Positions 35,449-36,772 of a DNA stretch of 36,772 nucleotides are shown here, in pieces (the first letter of the stretch is position 1; the number at the start of each line of letters is the position of its first letter). The DNA lies in the IMG/VR virus record IMGVR_UViG_3300020045_006747, positions 1 through 36,772 of that record, one strand, 5' to 3'. Origin of the DNA: a virus (taxonomy: Duplodnaviria; Caudoviricetes). The notes beneath the pieces are model-generated. The model searched no databases. It was not told the origin of the DNA and saw only the letters and a program-made list of their open reading frames with translations. The position numbers were made by a program, and so were the translations under genes.

Positions 35449-35521
35449 GTGAACTCCTATAAACTATGGTTGATCGAGCAATACGCTCCGAATGCTGCCT
35501 GTCACACGGCATTCAGCGGGT

Positions 35522-36235
35522 TCATGCTTGGTCGTCGAAGAGGGTTTCGTCATTCATGCCGGTCGAGCACTCGTCCATGGGGATCGTCGTACCGGGACGA
35601 AAGCCAGCATCAGCCTTGGCTTGACTCTTCGCGTCTGTCTCCAGTACGACTTCAACTGCTTCAACCACGACGCCCATCCCGAACTCACCACGCTTCATGC
35701 AGCCGCGCAACTTATTGCGCAGATTCATGCTTTGCTGGCCGATGTTGAGATGCGTGTAAGGGTTGTTCGGCAGATTCATCGCGATGATGCAAGCCCGGAT
35801 CACTTGAGCGGGTGTCAGGCTTCCGAGCGCGACCGCGATCTCATCACCACAGCAGGGCTGGCCGTTCGGCGCTTTCTTATATGCGCCAGCTGCCAAGCGT
35901 TCACGCAGGGCAAGCATAGGGCCAACATAGCCGACAGGCATCAACGCAACGTGGGCGTCTTCGGGTGTCGTGTCGAGTTCAGCTGCGACCTGTTCGATGA
36001 AGGTCTGCTCCGGACCTGCTGCGGCCTCTTCGTTCGTGGGCGCACGGTCAATACCCGCTTCAAGCTCGTCGGCGTGCTGTTCGTTATAGTCGGCGCGACA
36101 GGCGAATGCTTCGCCACGGCTGATGCTTGCGCCATTCGAGAGCTTGACCCAGCGACCCTTGATGGTCGTGATCGTGACTGTCGCGCCAGCGATCGTGAGC
36201 ATCTGGCCGATTTCGAGTGTGGGTGTCGTGTTCAT
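35522..36235 (-). CDS. First early gene: acidic protein with an LNxGQQSMNLRN domain
   Basis: N-terminal small beta domain and acidic linker, then YVGPMLAL...NPYTHLNIGQQSMNLRNKLRG. RBS AGGA. Confidence 0.7.
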   Translation of the reverse strand: MNTTPTLEIGQMLTIAGATVTITTIKGRWVKLSNGASISRGEAFACRADYNEQHADELEAGIDRAPTNEEAAAGPEQTFIEQVAAELDTTPEDAHVALMPVGYVGPMLALRERLAAGAYKKAPNGQPCCGDEIAVALGSLTPAQVIRACIIAMNLPNNPYTHLNIGQQSMNLRNKLRGCMKRGEFGMGVVVEAVEVVLETDAKSQAKADAGFRPGTTIPMDECSTGMNDETLFDDQA

Positions 36236-36319
36236 GGTGTGGTCCTATTCGCTGTGGAGTGGGGTCTGGGGGATCCAGCTTGCCCGGCAGAAGAGAGGGA
36301 TCTCGATCTTCTGGTTTCT

Positions 36320-36349
36320 ATTATAACAGCCTGTCAATATATTTTGTAA
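36320..36349 (-). promoter_or_regulatory. Leftward early promoter
   Basis: Minus strand perfect extended -10 TGtTATAAT (TATAAT at 36320-36325). Weak -35 TTACAA at 18 bp. AT-rich. Confidence 0.7.
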
Positions 36350-36350
36350 C

Positions 36351-36386
36351 TACCGTTCGTCAGCTCGGAGATACCGTTCGTCGGCT
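36351..36386. repeat. Direct repeat TACCGTTCGTC(A/G)GCT x2, 21-bp period
   Basis: Copies at 36351-36365 and 36372-36386, immediately upstream of the early promoter. Confidence 0.85.
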
Positions 36387-36574
36387 GACTTCACCAGACA
36401 GAATGGGCGCTATCGTCTTGATAGCAATGCTGATAACAAGAAAGGTATCTGGGAGGGCTTCGGTTGAACACGAGAATGTCGGGCTATACTAGTACCGGAC
36501 ACATCAGACGAGAACAAGGGAGATACCAAAGAGAAGGTTGATATGTGAAACATGGTGTTGGTTTCACGCAACAG

Positions 36575-36610
36575 ACCGAGGAGTCGTGATGAATACCGAG
36601 GAGTCGTGAT
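36575..36610. repeat. Direct repeat ACCGAGGAGTCGTGAT x2, 20-bp period
   Basis: Identical copies at 36575-36590 and 36595-36610, plus a partial GAGTCGTG at 36661-36668. Confidence 0.88.
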
Positions 36611-36671
36611 CTCGACGTTCTGTTCTCGGAGAGACTAGTAGGTAAAGACGAAAAACTGAAGAGTCGTGGAG

Positions 36672-36687
36672 CGTTCCACGTGGAACA
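36672..36687. promoter_or_regulatory. parS-like ParB-binding palindrome
   Basis: CGTTCCACGTGGAACA, a 15/16 match to TGTTCCACGTGGAACA, in non-coding DNA. Confidence 0.7.
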
Positions 36688-36711
36688 CAGAGGAAGGCCA
36701 GAGGAATAGGG

Positions 36712-36741
36712 TTTACAGGCTGGGACTGGCGACGATAGAAT
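36712..36741 (+). promoter_or_regulatory. Rightward promoter for a gene starting at the window end
   Basis: TTTACA-18 bp-TAGAAT, followed by AGGAG and ATGs at 36764 and 36770. Confidence 0.55.
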
Positions 36742-36772
36742 GGGGATTCATCAACCTAGGAGCATGAAGATG

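Noticed and set aside
36320-36337. TTGACA and TATAAT on the minus strand as a -35/-10 pair
   Set aside because: They are only 6 bp apart. The TATAAT is treated as an extended -10 instead.
36356-36381. PIP/hrpII box (TTCG-N16-TTCG)
   Set aside because: The spacing here is N17, and the repeat unit extends well beyond TTCG.
36351-36610. CRISPR array or attachment site from the direct repeats
   Set aside because: There are only two copies of each, with 4-6 bp between copies, and no spacers, cas genes or integrase.
1-36772. Restriction-site avoidance pattern as evidence for Z-DNA
   Set aside because: GATC and GAATTC are visibly common, but so are G/C-only sites such as GGCC and CCGG. An observed/expected k-mer count is needed and I cannot run it.

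Overview
This is a near-complete genome of a tailed dsDNA phage with a P22-like podovirus body plan. The window starts inside terL, and no terS is visible. The + strand (1-18907) is the late operon: terminase, P22-type portal, scaffold, coat, gp4- and gp10-like tail proteins, an inserted tail-fibre block, three ejection proteins, a beta-helix tailspike and a GH108 endolysin with holin-like genes. The - strand (18797-36235) is the early/replication arm. It holds an intact, tightly coupled 2-aminoadenine (Z-base) genome cassette, dpoZ-purZ-mazZ-datZ, with diagnostic residues visible in PurZ and DpoZ. Around it are a PD-(D/E)XK nuclease, an AEP primase-VirE helicase, an SSB-like protein, an HNH nuclease, an SNF2-type helicase and many small early genes. 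No integrase or repressor is seen. Non-coding signals that these genes do not explain are: a ~165-nt leader with several mutually exclusive helices (32814-32978), a pseudoknot next to the SSB ribosome-binding site, a recurring ATAG-N3-4-ATAG leader motif, and a near-consensus parS site plus tandem operator-like repeats in the divergent promoter region at the right end. All family assignments come from motif recognition by eye, not database searches.
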